Assembly: GCA_017411605.1 (NCBI GenBank) | Contig: JAFQPR010000103.1 | Location: 8,732-72,731 of the forward strand | Length of the DNA: 64,000 bases | Reading direction: 5' to 3' | Source of the DNA: Clostridia bacterium | GTDB lineage: Bacteria; Bacillota; Clostridia; Oscillospirales; CAG-272 | In this document: piece after piece, positions 1 through 11,146 of the stretch | Numbering within the stretch: the first letter of the stretch is position 1 | Layout of the letters: each line of letters opens with the position of its first letter | Made by a program: the position numbers and the translations under genes | The notes under the pieces: model-generated | Databases searched by the model: none | What the model saw: only the letters and a program-made list of their open reading frames with translations | Told to the model about the DNA's origin: nothing

Positions 1-2154
1 ATAGAAATCACGGGAAACATAGCCGTTTCTCCAAAGCTCCTCTACCTCGGGCGTATTAAGACCGAAGATATATATATTATCTCTTCCCGTAGCGCCGAGT
101 ATCTCAACGTTTGCACCGTCAAGCGTACCGACGGTGAGAGCTCCGTTCATCATAAGCTTCATACAGCCTGTTCCGCTCGCTTCCTTACCCGCAAGAGATA
201 TCTGCTCGGATATATCAGCCGAAGGAATAAGCACCTCTGCAAGAGATACGTTATATTCCTCCATAAATACGACCTTAAGTCTATCACGAGTCAAAGGATT
301 CTTTTCAAGCTCCTCTGACAAGAACCAGATAAGCTTAATAAGCTTTTTCGCCATCGCATAACCGGGAGCTGCCTTGCATCCGAAGATGAATGTCTGCGGA
401 GGAATATCGGCATTGGGATTCTCAAGAATCTCATTGTATAGGGAGATTATCTTAAGAACGTTAAGGAGCTGACGCTTATATTCGTGCATTCTCTTGATCT
501 GCACGTCAAATATTGACGAGGGGTCAATTCTCTTACCTGTCTTCTCATAAGCGTAGTAAGCGAACGTTTCCTTATTATAATGCTTTATCTCTTCGATCTG
601 TTTAAGAACGCTCTTATCATCCTTGAAGGCTTCAAGCTTGATAAGCTGACTTGCATCCTCGCGGTACTCCGTACCTATCAGCTCATCAAGGAGCTTGCAG
701 AGTCTGGGGTTAGAATAATTGAGCCATCTGCGGTGAACTACGCCGTTCGTTACGTTTGTAAACTTCCACGGAGTCATCTTATAGAAATCGTGGAAGATAG
801 TCTTTTTAAGAATATCGCTGTGAAGCTCGGAAACACCGTTAACGGTATGAGAACCTACCACAGAAAGGTTTGCCATTCTAACCTGGTTATAAGCTACGAT
901 AGCCATTCTCGAAATTCTATCCCAATCACCGGGATAAAGATTCCAAAGATCTGCAGTAAATCTACGGTTTATCTCATTAACTATCATATAAATTCTCGGA
1001 AGCTTCATACTGAAAAGATCGACTCTCCAGCATTCAAGAGCCTCGGGAAGAACCGTATGGTTGGTATAAGAAACAGTCTTTACAACAACAGACCAAGCAT
1101 CATCCCATGAATATGAGTATACATCCATAAGTATGCGCATAAGCTCGGGAATACAGAGCGCAGGATGTGTATCGTTGATATGGATAGCAACCTTTTCATC
1201 AAAGCCTTTGAGCGATCCGTGCTCTGCGAAATAATCACTGATAATGCTCTGCAAGGAAGCGGAAACAAGGAAATACTGCTGAGTCAGACGAAGAAGCTTT
1301 CCTTCATCGTAATTATCGTTAGGATAAAGCTGCTGAGTAATGACTTCTGCATTATTGCTGTTCGTCAAATTCTGCATATAAGAGGACTGCGACGTATAAT
1401 GCGCAATGGAAGAATATGCCTGACGCGCTCTCCATAAGCAGATCTTATTTACAGCATTGGTGACAGTACCGGGAATAAGAAGATCGTAAGGAACCGCTTT
1501 TACCTCGTCATAGTCATAGTTCATAAACTTAACTTCGCCGTTTTCCCACTTCTCTTCTATTCTACCTCCGAATCTGACAGTGAAGCTCTTTTCAGGACGA
1601 GGTACTAACCAAGCTCCGCCGCTTCCAAGCCAGCTATCGGGAAGCTCAACCTGCTCTCCGTCAATGATCTTCTGCTTAAAAAGACCGTTTTCATAGAGCA
1701 AGGAGTATCCGTTTGCAGCATAATCAAGCGCAGTAAGCGAGTCCATAAAGCAGGCAGCAAGTCTACCGAGACCTCCGTTTCCAAGTCCGGGGTCTACCTC
1801 GCATGCATATATTTTATCAAATGAAGAACCAAATTCCGAAATTATTTCACATAGGTCATCGTAAATACCTAAATTCATTGAATCGTTCTTAAGAGCTCTT
1901 CCTACCAAAAATTCCATACAAAGATAGAATACCTTCTTACCGTCAACAGCTCTGATACGTTTTCTGAAAGCAGAGCGGTACTCAAGCATAATATCCTTAA
2001 TGGCGAGAACAGTTGCCTGATAAAGCTGATCGTCAGATGCATTTTTTGGATCGTATACACCGCGAGTTATAAGCTTTGCTTCTATTCTTTCTTTAAGTTC
2101 TGATTTCGAAATTTTATTCTTTGCTCCCGCAACAGGACTAGAGTTATTCACCAT
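1..2154 (-). CDS. glgP: Glycogen/starch phosphorylase (runs off the left edge)
   Basis: Not in the ORF track. Manual translation from ATG at 2154 gives MVNNSSPVAGAKNKISKSELKERIE...FYLCMEFLVGRAL...GLGNGGLGRLAACFMDS, plus IFDVQIKRMHEYKRQLLN and EASGTGCMK motifs. Last gene of the glg operon. Confidence 0.95.
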   Translation of the reverse strand, partial: MVNNSSPVAGAKNKISKSELKERIEAKLITRGVYDPKNASDDQLYQATVLAIKDIMLEYRSAFRKRIRAVDGKKVFYLCMEFLVGRALKNDSMNLGIYDDLCEIISEFGSSFDKIYACEVDPGLGNGGLGRLAACFMDSLTALDYAANGYSLLYENGLFKQKIIDGEQVELPDSWLGSGGAWLVPRPEKSFTVRFGGRIEEKWENGEVKFMNYDYDEVKAVPYDLLIPGTVTNAVNKICLWRARQAYSSIAHYTSQSSYMQNLTNSNNAEVITQQLYPNDNYDEGKLLRLTQQYFLVSASLQSIISDYFAEHGSLKGFDEKVAIHINDTHPALCIPELMRILMDVYSYSWDDAWSVVVKTVSYTNHTVLPEALECWRVDLFSMKLPRIYMIVNEINRRFTADLWNLYPGDWDRISRMAIVAYNQVRMANLSVVGSHTVNGVSELHSDILKKTIFHDFYKMTPWKFTNVTNGVVHRRWLNYSNPRLCKLLDELIGTEYREDASQLIKLEAFKDDKSVLKQIEEIKHYNKETFAYYAYEKTGKRIDPSSIFDVQIKRMHEYKRQLLNVLKIISLYNEILENPNADIPPQTFIFGCKAAPGYAMAKKLIKLIWFLSEELEKNPLTRDRLKVVFMEEYNVSLAEVLIPSADISEQISLAGKEASGTGCMKLMMNGALTVGTLDGANVEILGATGRDNIYIFGLNTPEVEELWRNGYVSRDFY

Positions 2155-2169
2155 CGTATTTATTATTTC

Positions 2170-3594
2170 CTACCATTCTAACAGTTTATTGTATATATTC
2201 ATGTATTTTTTAGCCGAAACACCCCAAGAAAAGTCCGAAGACTTAGCCTTCATTACAAGGGCATCCCATTCTTTTTTATCTTTGTAAAGATCAATAGCTC
2301 TCTTTACCGTGAACAATAGCTCATGAGCATTATAATTATCAAAGGTAAATCCGTTTGCATCATCCGATCCGTACGGCTTTATCGAATCATAAAGACCGCC
2401 TACGGCACGTACAACAGGCACAGTACCGTAAGAGCAGGCTATCATCTGCGCAAGACCGCAAGGCTCGCTTCTTGACGGCATAACAAATATGTCCGCAGAA
2501 GCATACATCTTCTTCGAGATCACTCTGTCAAACTTGATTAGCGCTCTGACGTTTGTATACTTCTTCTCGAGCGCACGAAACATTTCTTCGTACTCCGCCT
2601 CACCCGTACCTAGAATAACGAACTGAATATCCTCGCGTAAAAGCTCGTCGATAATTCTCGCAACAAGGTCAATTCCCTTCGCCGTTGCAAGTCTTGTTAT
2701 CATAACAACGAGGGGAATATCGGCATTTTCGGAAAGTCCGACTTCCTTTTGGAAAGCAAGCTTATTCTTCTTCTTACCTTCTTTAACATCGGCTTTACCG
2801 TACGAGAAATAAATATCGCCTCCCTGCTCTGGAGAGAAATATTTATAATCAATGCCGTTAATAACTCCCTTCATCTTTGCGCTTGCGTGATTAATAACGT
2901 CAGCAAGACCAAAAGCAAAGAAATCATGATGAAGCTCAAACGCGTAATTCGGGCTGACCGTAGTAATATAATCGGAAACCGAAATAGCGCCCTTCATAAG
3001 ATTGATGCATCCGTTATACTCAACAACGTTTGAATATCCGTCAAGTGCGAAAACATCTCCGAGAATAGCTAAATCAAATTTTCCCTGATATTCAATATTG
3101 TGAATCGTATAAACGGTTCTGATTTTGGATAGAGAGCTGACGGACGAAAACTTAGTTTTAAGATATACAACAGTGAGCGCCGACTGCCAATCGTTTGCAT
3201 GAAGTATATCAGGGATATTTCCCGTCTGTATCATAAACTCAACAACAGCAAGCGAGAAGAACGCAAAGCGCTCGGCATCATCATATTCGCCATAAAGAGT
3301 TTTTCTGTCAAAATAATAATGATTCTCAATAAAATAATATGCAACCTTGCCGTTTTGAATTTTATATATCGAAGCTCCCGAATCTCTCCAAGAATATTTA
3401 AAGGTTATATCCTTAACCTTTGTAAGCATTGCTCTGTGTTCCGGTTTCATAGAACCGTAGAGAGGCATTATAACCTCAACCTCGGCATCGGGATTATCCT
3501 CCGCAACGGTGATTGGAAGCGCGCCGAGAACATCTCCGAGTCCGCCGCTGGCAGCATACGGATTAGCTTCACTTGTTACGTAAAGTATTTTCAT
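2170..3594 (-). CDS. glgA: Glycogen synthase (GT5)
   Basis: ASGGLGDV, HANDWQ, TIHNIEYQG and SRSEPCGL motifs; glg operon context. Confidence 0.95.
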   Translation of the reverse strand: MKILYVTSEANPYAASGGLGDVLGALPITVAEDNPDAEVEVIMPLYGSMKPEHRAMLTKVKDITFKYSWRDSGASIYKIQNGKVAYYFIENHYYFDRKTLYGEYDDAERFAFFSLAVVEFMIQTGNIPDILHANDWQSALTVVYLKTKFSSVSSLSKIRTVYTIHNIEYQGKFDLAILGDVFALDGYSNVVEYNGCINLMKGAISVSDYITTVSPNYAFELHHDFFAFGLADVINHASAKMKGVINGIDYKYFSPEQGGDIYFSYGKADVKEGKKKNKLAFQKEVGLSENADIPLVVMITRLATAKGIDLVARIIDELLREDIQFVILGTGEAEYEEMFRALEKKYTNVRALIKFDRVISKKMYASADIFVMPSRSEPCGLAQMIACSYGTVPVVRAVGGLYDSIKPYGSDDANGFTFDNYNAHELLFTVKRAIDLYKDKKEWDALVMKAKSSDFSWGVSAKKYMNIYNKLLEW

Positions 3595-3608
3595 GCTTTC
3601 ACCTCGAC

Positions 3609-4739
3609 CTAAACTCTTCTGTACTTCTCAACGAAGAAAGGCATTGTTTCGTTGCCAGAAAGCTTAACACCCTCGGTTATTGTAACGCTCTTATCCGTAA
3701 CAATGCAGTTAAGCTCAGCGTTCTTCTCTACTTTCGTCTGCTGGAAAAGAATTGAGTTTTTAACAACTGCGCCCTTTGCTACGTGAACGCCTCTTGAGAG
3801 TATCGAATTAATAACAGTTCCCTCTATAACACAGTCATCAGCAATAAGAGAATTTTTAACACTTGCGGTCTTCGTATAAACTACGGGAGCTGAATTATGA
3901 ACTCTTGTGAAAATAGGACGTGACTTTTCATTAAGCAATGAATTACGCGATTTTTCATTGGTTGCGAGCTCTATCGAATACTTGTAATAATCTAGGAAGC
4001 TCGAAACTGAAGCCGCATATCCGCTATAACAATAGGTTCTGTAGTTAGAATGCGAATACTTTCTGCGAAGCATCTCCGTATAGCTGTTAAGACCGTAAGC
4101 TTCAGCCTCGTTTATAAGAGTTCTGAGATAGCTCGTCTTCATAACGAATATGTTAAGTGCAAGCTCGGGATTCGAATCGCTGGCAACTGTATTCATAGCA
4201 ATATCGGTAACCTTACCCGCAACAGAAGATATAAACATTCTTGGATTCTTAGAGGTATAATCCTTCTCTGCAATTTTGGTTACTATAGTAATATTGGCAT
4301 TTGTTTTTTCATGAACTCTGATAACGTCGGCAATATCAATATTAAGTACAAAGTCGGAATCCATAAGAACAACGTGCTCTTCCTTGAATTCGTCGATATA
4401 TTCCTTCATGCTCTTCAAAGCTTCCATATGAGTTGCAAAAACCTTTGCAGAAGATGTCGTAGCAGTCTGGAAAGGTGAAATAACGTTAATACCGTCTTTT
4501 CTTCTTGCAAGATCCCAGTCCTTACCGCTACCGATATGCTCAATCATAGAACGGTAATTATAGTTAGCAACAACGTGTATTTTGGAAATATTTGCATTGA
4601 CAAGGTTTGATAAGCAGAAGTCAATAAGCCTATATCTGCACGCAAACGGAATAGCCGCAACCGTTCTGTCTCTCGTTAGTCTTGAAAGCGTATTGTTATT
4701 TAAATTGGAAAATATAATTCCTGCTGCACTAATAGCCAT
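3609..4739 (-). CDS. glgD: Glucose-1-phosphate adenylyltransferase subunit GlgD
   Basis: AAIPFACRYRLIDF, HIGSGKDWDL and a C-terminal hexapeptide beta-helix; follows glgC. Confidence 0.93.
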   Translation of the reverse strand: MAISAAGIIFSNLNNNTLSRLTRDRTVAAIPFACRYRLIDFCLSNLVNANISKIHVVANYNYRSMIEHIGSGKDWDLARRKDGINVISPFQTATTSSAKVFATHMEALKSMKEYIDEFKEEHVVLMDSDFVLNIDIADVIRVHEKTNANITIVTKIAEKDYTSKNPRMFISSVAGKVTDIAMNTVASDSNPELALNIFVMKTSYLRTLINEAEAYGLNSYTEMLRRKYSHSNYRTYCYSGYAASVSSFLDYYKYSIELATNEKSRNSLLNEKSRPIFTRVHNSAPVVYTKTASVKNSLIADDCVIEGTVINSILSRGVHVAKGAVVKNSILFQQTKVEKNAELNCIVTDKSVTITEGVKLSGNETMPFFVEKYRRV

Positions 4740-4752
4740 TACACGTTCCTCC

Positions 4753-5907
4753 TTATGCCTTTATATGTTTAATCACAGAGCCTTTTGCAACTACCGTGAT
4801 CTCGGATTTATCAGCGCCCTCTTTACCAACGACAGCACCCTCGGTCACCTCTGTATCGGTGTCAATAATAGAGGTATAAACAGAAGCGTTCTTACGAATG
4901 ATAACGTCATCCATAATTACGGAATCGTAAACCGCAGCGCCCTCTTCGATAATCACTCCGCCCGAAAGAATAGAATTAACAACCGTTCCGTTGATAGCGC
5001 ATCCCTCGGATATCATTGAGTTTACCATTTTAGCATTTGCACCTACAAACTGAGGAGCTCTTGCCTGATTCTTCGAATAAATGCGGAACTGACTGTCACG
5101 AAGATTAAGAACAGGATCGTCACCGATTAGGTCCATATTTGCTTCCCAAAGCGAAGAAATAGTTCCAACGTCCTTCCAATATCCGTCAAATCTGTATGCC
5201 ACGATCTTCTCACCGTTAGCGAGAATGTTTGGAATTATATTCTTACCGAAATCATTGCTCGAGCTTTCATCAGCTTCATCTAGCTCAAGATACTCTATCA
5301 ACGCCTTTGTATTGAAGATATAGATTCCCATAGATGCCTGGTTATTCTTCGGCTTCTTGGGCTTTTCTTCGAATTCATAGATGGTATCGTCCTCGTTGGT
5401 ATTGCAAATGCCGAAACGGCTTGCCTCCTCTATAGGTACGGATATCGTGGCTATTGTACAGGTTGCACCTGTTTCTTTATGCTTTGCAAGCATATCCGAA
5501 TAATCCATTCTGTAAATATGGTCACCGGAAAGGATAAGCACGTAATCTGGATCATACTGCTTAATAAACGTAATATTTTGATATATCGCATTGGCGGTAC
5601 CTTTATACCAATCCGACTTTTTGTTTCCCTGATAAGGCGGAAGAACCGAGAGACCTCCTCTTTCTCTATCAAGATCCCAGGTTGCTCCGTTGCCTATGTA
5701 CTCATTAAGAGCCAAAGGCTGATACTGAGTTAAAACACCAACCGTATCAATACCCGAATTGATACAGTTTGACAGAGGAAAATCAATGATCTTATATTTA
5801 CCTCCAAATGAAACTGCAGGTTTTGCCGTCTGCTTTGTTAAGTCGTAAAGTCTCGAACCCTGGCCTCCGGCAAGAAGCATCGCTATGCATTCTTTTTTAC
5901 AATACAT
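4753..5907 (-). CDS. glgC: Glucose-1-phosphate adenylyltransferase
   Basis: [26 protein letters not shown] and YWKDVGT motifs. Confidence 0.96.
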   Translation of the reverse strand: MYCKKECIAMLLAGGQGSRLYDLTKQTAKPAVSFGGKYKIIDFPLSNCINSGIDTVGVLTQYQPLALNEYIGNGATWDLDRERGGLSVLPPYQGNKKSDWYKGTANAIYQNITFIKQYDPDYVLILSGDHIYRMDYSDMLAKHKETGATCTIATISVPIEEASRFGICNTNEDDTIYEFEEKPKKPKNNQASMGIYIFNTKALIEYLELDEADESSSNDFGKNIIPNILANGEKIVAYRFDGYWKDVGTISSLWEANMDLIGDDPVLNLRDSQFRIYSKNQARAPQFVGANAKMVNSMISEGCAINGTVVNSILSGGVIIEEGAAVYDSVIMDDVIIRKNASVYTSIIDTDTEVTEGAVVGKEGADKSEITVVAKGSVIKHIKA

Positions 5908-5908
5908 C

Positions 5909-7804
5909 TTAGTTCTCCTTTAGTGTTTTAATATTTTTATTTCTTTTTTCTTTGAGTATGAGTCCGGAAAAAGCGGGAACGATAATATCGGCAATATACT
6001 CCCTTCCGCTCTTTCTTACGGAAACAATCCGCTCAAGTTCTCCGACGTTTCCACTGTCGAAAAGCTTTTCAAGATTTTGATATTTTATAGGTAAAGATAA
6101 TCTCTGATCGCACCCCGAGAAGCTAAGAATTACAATAACGCTGCTACCTCTTATATTCTTACGCCTGAATGCAACAAGGTTCTTTTCATTTTCGTCCGCG
6201 AGGATCCACTCAAATCCCTGCGGTGAAAAATCCAAGTCCCAGAGCTCGGAGCTTTCGAGATAAAATCTGTTCAAGGACGCTACATATTCTCTCATCGCCT
6301 TATGCTTGGGATAATCAAGCATAAACCATTCAAGTGAGTTCTCGTAATCCCATTCTCTGAATTGACCGTATTCCGTACCCATAAACAGCATTTTTTTACC
6401 GGGATAAGTCATCATAAGAAGAAGCGCCGTGCGCATCTGAGCAAACTTGTCCTCATACGAGCCGTACATTTTGTCTATAAACGAAAGCTTTCCGTGAACT
6501 ACCTCGTCGTGAGATATAGGTAATATATAGTTCTCGGTATAAGCATACATAAGCGGAAAATTAAGCGCGGTATGCTTATACTTTCTGAATAAGGGATCGG
6601 TCATCACATATTCATAAAAATCGTTCGCCCAACCCATATTCCATTTCAAGTTAAATCCAAGTCCGCCTTCATATACGGGGTGAGTTATCTTTCCGTGCGC
6701 CGTGGATTCCTCCGCAATCATAAGAACGTCGGGAATCTCTGAGAAAACGGTAAGATTGAGCTTTCTCAAGAAAGCTTCCGCCTCAAGATTAAGATTAGTC
6801 CCGTAAGCATTCGGCACCCACTCGCCGGGATCTCTGTCATAATCCAGATACAGCATAGATGCCACGGCATCTACTCTTAGACCGTCTATATGAAATTCTC
6901 TGAAGAAATACATTGCATTCGAAACAAGGAAGCTCTGGACCTCTTCTCTTCCGAGGTCAAAAAATCTTGTTCCCCACGAGCGTGATTCCTGCCTGTCCTT
7001 CCCCTGATATTCATAAAGGGGCTGACCGTCAAACTCGTAAAGTCCCCATGCATCCTTCGGGAAATGCGCGGGCACCCAATCCATAATAACGCCAATTCCG
7101 TTTTTATGGAATTCATTTATCATATATCTTAGGTCGTCGGGATCTCCGAATCTTGATGTGGGAGCATAAAATCCGCACACCTGATATCCCCACGATCCGT
7201 CATAAGGAAATTCAGCCAAAGGCAGAAACTCCACGTGAGTATACCCCATAAACTTCAAGTATGGAACCATTACGTCCGCTATCTCTCTGTAGGTATAATA
7301 CGAATTATCCTTGTGGCGCATAAAGCTTCCGAGATGAGTTTCATATATATTTACGGGGGTTGACAGATAGTTGCCTTTTTTTGAAGTAACTGTCTTTTTC
7401 CTCTTCTTTAGCCAAGCGTCATCCTCCCATATAAAGCTATCCGAAGTAAAAATAAGCGAAGCTCCGTCAGCAAGTCCGCGCGAAAAACGCGCGTACGGGT
7501 CTCCCTTATCAAAAACTCTGCCGCCGGACGTTATCCTAAATTTGTATGCCTTTTTTTCGAGTGACACCTCGGATTTGATTACGCATTCCCAAATACCCAT
7601 ATCCGTTATCTTTTCTAACGGATATGGAGAGGTCCATCCGTAAATATCGGAAACAAGCTCAACCTTTTCCGCATGAGGAGCCCAGGTTCTGAAGCTGTAA
7701 CAGTACTTCCCGTCTTCTATTTGCATATTGCAACCGAGGTATTTATAAGCGCTGAAATTAGTTCCTTGATGAAAATAGTATGATGCAAGATTATTATCAT
7801 TCAT
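5909..7804 (-). CDS. glgB: 1,4-alpha-glucan branching enzyme (GH13)
   Basis: [28 protein letters not shown] and SHDEVVHGK motifs. Confidence 0.96.
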   Translation of the reverse strand: MNDNNLASYYFHQGTNFSAYKYLGCNMQIEDGKYCYSFRTWAPHAEKVELVSDIYGWTSPYPLEKITDMGIWECVIKSEVSLEKKAYKFRITSGGRVFDKGDPYARFSRGLADGASLIFTSDSFIWEDDAWLKKRKKTVTSKKGNYLSTPVNIYETHLGSFMRHKDNSYYTYREIADVMVPYLKFMGYTHVEFLPLAEFPYDGSWGYQVCGFYAPTSRFGDPDDLRYMINEFHKNGIGVIMDWVPAHFPKDAWGLYEFDGQPLYEYQGKDRQESRSWGTRFFDLGREEVQSFLVSNAMYFFREFHIDGLRVDAVASMLYLDYDRDPGEWVPNAYGTNLNLEAEAFLRKLNLTVFSEIPDVLMIAEESTAHGKITHPVYEGGLGFNLKWNMGWANDFYEYVMTDPLFRKYKHTALNFPLMYAYTENYILPISHDEVVHGKLSFIDKMYGSYEDKFAQMRTALLLMMTYPGKKMLFMGTEYGQFREWDYENSLEWFMLDYPKHKAMREYVASLNRFYLESSELWDLDFSPQGFEWILADENEKNLVAFRRKNIRGSSVIVILSFSGCDQRLSLPIKYQNLEKLFDSGNVGELERIVSVRKSGREYIADIIVPAFSGLILKEKRNKNIKTLKEN

Positions 7805-7905
7805 TTCGTCATCCTCCTTTGCTATTTTACCTCATTTGCTACGTCGAATTTTGTAAAATCAAGTGTACGCTATATATTTACATAAAATTTAAAATATCTA
7901 ATAAT

Positions 7906-7934
7906 ATTTTAGCACGGCAAAGCATATTTGTCAA
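7906..7934 (-). promoter_or_regulatory. sigmaA-type promoter of the glg operon
   Basis: Minus strand TTGACA-N17-TAAAAT with extended -10 TG. Confidence 0.75.
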
Positions 7935-7984
7935 GAAATTTTGAGAGTATTTTAAGGTATGTAAAAAATAGCAAAACAGAAAGA

Positions 7985-8551
7985 TTATGTAATTCTTTTT
8001 TCTTTTGCTTTTTTAGTTATTTTGCACAATTTGCGTTCTTTTTTATTCTTTAAGATTTTTATTACATAATTGCTTATTGCTCTTAGAGCTTTGCGCAACG
8101 GAAATATCAATAGCGATAAAAACAGAGCTATCACCGAATATATATGCATTATGGCTTTTTCAAAAACTAAAGCCGTATGATTTCCAAGATACTTAATGAA
8201 TAGGTGCGCAAGTGTAAAAGCTATTACAAAAATGTATAATCGGAACACTCCGTCGGCCGTTACGTACAGCAACAAGCTGAATAGAATCCCATTTATTACT
8301 ACATAAAAAAAGTCAAATAAAAAATTTTTTATTTTATTTTTCGGATATTTGAAATTTCTGTTATTCGCGAATGTATCCTTTATTTTCGAATACGAGTCCG
8401 AAGTTTGGTAAATTATTTTAGGCAATCTTATAAATCCATCAATTGTGTATATTAGGACTCGCAAACCTACAAAAAGTATTCCCATAACGATTCCGAATAA
8501 CGCAGAATAACATACGGAAATAAAAATATCATTAAAATCTGCGTAAAGCAT
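7985..8551 (-). CDS. yabQ: Spore cortex biosynthesis protein YabQ-like membrane protein
   Basis: Multi-TM protein with FLFDFFY...DGVFRLY pattern, directly downstream of yabP. Confidence 0.7.
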   Translation of the reverse strand: MLYADFNDIFISVCYSALFGIVMGILFVGLRVLIYTIDGFIRLPKIIYQTSDSYSKIKDTFANNRNFKYPKNKIKNFLFDFFYVVINGILFSLLLYVTADGVFRLYIFVIAFTLAHLFIKYLGNHTALVFEKAIMHIYSVIALFLSLLIFPLRKALRAISNYVIKILKNKKERKLCKITKKAKEKRIT

Positions 8552-8818
8552 TTATGAGAAAAACCTTCCGAGTAATCCCTTCTTTTTTTCATTGTTACCT
8601 GCAACAAAAACACCGCTGACATTTCCGCTGATAAATATACAACCGCCGTCTTTGGTTAAGCTTTCGATTTTCAAATCGCTCCCCTCTACCGTTATTTTGC
8701 CCGACACTGTATCAAGTGAAACGTACCCTTCGTCAAATCCTCTTATATCATTTACACCTTCCATAGAAAATGATTGGCCGATAGTCAGAATAATTTTAGT
8801 CTTTACGTTTGTTTCCAT
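8552..8818 (-). CDS. yabP: Sporulation protein YabP family
   Basis: EGVNDIRGFDE...VEGSDLKIESL...KGLLGRFF. Start moved to ATG 8818, which has GGAGG upstream. Confidence 0.85.
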   Translation of the reverse strand: METNVKTKIILTIGQSFSMEGVNDIRGFDEGYVSLDTVSGKITVEGSDLKIESLTKDGGCIFISGNVSGVFVAGNNEKKKGLLGRFFS

Positions 8819-8829
8819 ATTTCCTCCGT

Positions 8830-8881
8830 AAAAAAAGATGCATACTCGGTTAAGAATATGCATCTCTAAAATTATTTATTC
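8830..8881 (-). promoter_or_regulatory. Terminator after yabO overlapping a sigmaE-like promoter for yabPQ
   Basis: Hairpin AGATGCATATTC-ttaacc-GAGTATGCATCT plus T run; GAATA-N16-CATATTCT with the -10 in the 5' arm. Confidence 0.6.
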
Positions 8882-9130
8882 ATCTGTTTCGGACACTACT
8901 TCATACATTCCGGCTGATTCTGCCTTTTTCGTTGTGTCCTTAATCTCAAGCACACGAACAGTAACTGATTTAGTTCCAAAGGCAATTGTAATCAAATCAC
9001 CGCACTTAACGTTATAAGAAGCTTTTGCAATTTTTCCGTTAACGGTGATCCTCGACGTATCGCACGCATCGTTTGCAACCGTTCTACGCTTTATTAAGCG
9101 AGAAACCTTCAGATACTTATCTAAGCGCAT
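8876..9130 (-). CDS. yabO: S4-domain RNA-binding protein (YabO/RqcP, Hsp15 family)
   Basis: [19 protein letters not shown] signature. Confidence 0.92.
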   Translation of the reverse strand: MRLDKYLKVSRLIKRRTVANDACDTSRITVNGKIAKASYNVKCGDLITIAFGTKSVTVRVLEIKDTTKKAESAGMYEVVSETDE

Positions 9131-9135
9131 AAGAA

Positions 9136-9411
9136 TTACTCGTTAACAGCGTCCTTAAGAGCCTTGGATGCGGAGAATGAGGGCTTCTTGCAAGCAGCGA
9201 TCTCGATGGTCTCGCCGGTCTTGGGGTTACGACCTTCTCTGGCGCCAACTTCCTTAACCTCAAATGTACCGAATCCGATAAGCTGAACCTTATCGCCTGC
9301 CTTGAGAGCTTCTGTAATAGCATTAACAGTAGCACCGATAACTGCCTCTGCATCTTTCTTAGATACCTGAGCCTCAGCAGCTACAACATTAATAAGTTCT
9401 GTTTTGTTCAT
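9136..9411 (-). CDS. hup: DNA-binding protein HU
   Basis: MNKTELI...IGFGTF...GRNPKTGE signature. Confidence 0.97.
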   Translation of the reverse strand: MNKTELINVVAAEAQVSKKDAEAVIGATVNAITEALKAGDKVQLIGFGTFEVKEVGAREGRNPKTGETIEIAACKKPSFSASKALKDAVNE

Positions 9412-9450
9412 TGGTTTATACTTCCTTTCAAAATTTTGATTTGTGTAGTG

Positions 9451-9479
9451 ATTATAACAATATTCCGTGATAATTGCAA
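9451..9479 (-). promoter_or_regulatory. sigmaA-type promoter of hup
   Basis: TTGCAA-N17-TATAAT with extended TG. Confidence 0.7.
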
Positions 9480-9542
9480 TAGGAAATACGGCTTTTTTGA
9501 TGTTTTTTTATTTTTTTTCGTCTTATTCCATAACGCGATTTG

Positions 9543-11117
9543 TTAGTTTTTAGCAATTTTGACAAAATTACACACCGAAACAAGCTTTTTTCGCATAAAA
9601 ATACAGACTAAAAATAGATAAAAAAGTGCCGAAAGCGCAGCAAATACAAGGAAAATCTTTGGATCGGAATATCCTTTTGTCAAATAATTATACATCAAAA
9701 ATGCAATCCCGATGGAGAAAAACGAAGATATAAATGGAATAAAAATAATACTTGTTAAATCGATCTTTATTTTCAAGCCCCATATCAGGTAAATGGAAGA
9801 AATCAAAAAAGAAATCGAGTAGCCAATTCCTGTTGATATCGGCGCTCCGATTATTCCGTACTTACCTATCAAAAAATATGCGGAAATAAGCTTTACGACA
9901 GCACCTACAGTCATAGACATCAAGGATACTCGTTGGTAAAAAACAGATTCCAATATGCTGTTTATAACGGTTAATAAGCAAAAAGGAATAACCGACACAG
10001 AAAGAAGTGAAAGCAACGGAGCTCCAATCATGGCTGAGCTGTCGTTAAATAAAAGAACAAGAATGTCCTTTGAAAAGAAAAGATAAGCGGCAAAAGCAGG
10101 AAAAGATACCGTTGAAGTTAGGATCAGTACCGAGTGACATATCTCATTAAATTCCGTTTGATTTCCGGATGCGAATTTTTCGGTAAGGTGAGGAATCGAT
10201 GCCGTACCTAAAGGTGTTATCAATGCTATAATGAGATTAAGCATAGGCACGGCAAGTGTCGTAAAATTACCGTATAACGCTATCGCCTCGGAGCTTGACA
10301 TTCCAAAATTCAAAAGTCTTTTCATTATAAGTCCAAGGTCAATGATATTCGTCATTCCCATTATAGCGGAGCTGAGTGTGATAGGTATTGATATTCTAAC
10401 AACCTTTTTAAACAATTCTGATGATTTTATATCACATCTCTGCCCTGTTTTTTCTTCCTTATTCTCACGTTTGGTGCAAATCGATAAAAAAACAACGCCA
10501 ATAAAAGTTCCAAGAGTAACTCCCAGCACAGTAAATGCCGACACCATATGAACGGGCAAGCTTTTTCTCACGGCAAGCAACGCAAAGCTTAGTCCGAAAA
10601 CGAACTTGATCACGCCTTCAATCACCTCGGATATCGCAATATCACGCATTCTATGCCTACCGTTTAAATAACCACGCAAAACACCTGAAGCCGAAACGAA
10701 AGTCAATGATGGCGCAATACAAAAAAGTGAAAAGGAAGATAATGAGTTCCCGATCACATCTGCAAAAAAAGACGAAAACAACATCAAAAGACCGCTAAAT
10801 ATTACTCCGATAATAACGTAGACTTTTAATGACGTTGATAATATTCTGTTTACTGCTTTTTCTTCTCCTTTTGCCATTGCTTCCGTAACAGTTATAGAAA
10901 CAGCCCGCGGTACACCACTCGTACACAACATATAAAAGAAAGCAAAAACAGAATATGCCGAATTGAAGTAACCCATTCCCTCGTCACCCAGAATGTGAGA
11001 TAAGGGCATCTTATATATAAAACCTATAATCTTTACTATTATGACCGAAAGAGTCAGAGCAAATGCTCCGCCAATTAAACTGTCTTTTCTCTTTTCCTCA
11101 TTATTTATTTTAACCAT
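9543..11117 (-). CDS. Polysaccharide biosynthesis/MurJ-type flippase, YabM/SpoVB family
   Basis: VKIIGFIYKMPL..LGDEGMG, LRGYLNG, about 14 TM segments; yabM position upstream of hup. Confidence 0.85.
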   Translation of the reverse strand: MVKINNEEKRKDSLIGGAFALTLSVIIVKIIGFIYKMPLSHILGDEGMGYFNSAYSVFAFFYMLCTSGVPRAVSITVTEAMAKGEEKAVNRILSTSLKVYVIIGVIFSGLLMLFSSFFADVIGNSLSSFSLFCIAPSLTFVSASGVLRGYLNGRHRMRDIAISEVIEGVIKFVFGLSFALLAVRKSLPVHMVSAFTVLGVTLGTFIGVVFLSICTKRENKEEKTGQRCDIKSSELFKKVVRISIPITLSSAIMGMTNIIDLGLIMKRLLNFGMSSSEAIALYGNFTTLAVPMLNLIIALITPLGTASIPHLTEKFASGNQTEFNEICHSVLILTSTVSFPAFAAYLFFSKDILVLLFNDSSAMIGAPLLSLLSVSVIPFCLLTVINSILESVFYQRVSLMSMTVGAVVKLISAYFLIGKYGIIGAPISTGIGYSISFLISSIYLIWGLKIKIDLTSIIFIPFISSFFSIGIAFLMYNYLTKGYSDPKIFLVFAALSALFYLFLVCIFMRKKLVSVCNFVKIAKN

Positions 11118-11146
11118 AACTTACCTCAAATAACTTATGCTATTAA

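Noticed and set aside
134-1437. Plus-strand ORFs (75-176 aa) in the track
   Set aside because: Antisense shadows of glgP, which the track missed because it runs off the edge.
7875-7905. TTATGTAAATA resembling the XerD arm of dif
   Set aside because: No matching XerC arm; lies in the AT-rich glg leader.
7846-7951. CodY-like AT palindromes near the glg promoter
   Set aside because: One is a base short and the other has 3 mismatches; expected by chance in AT-rich DNA.
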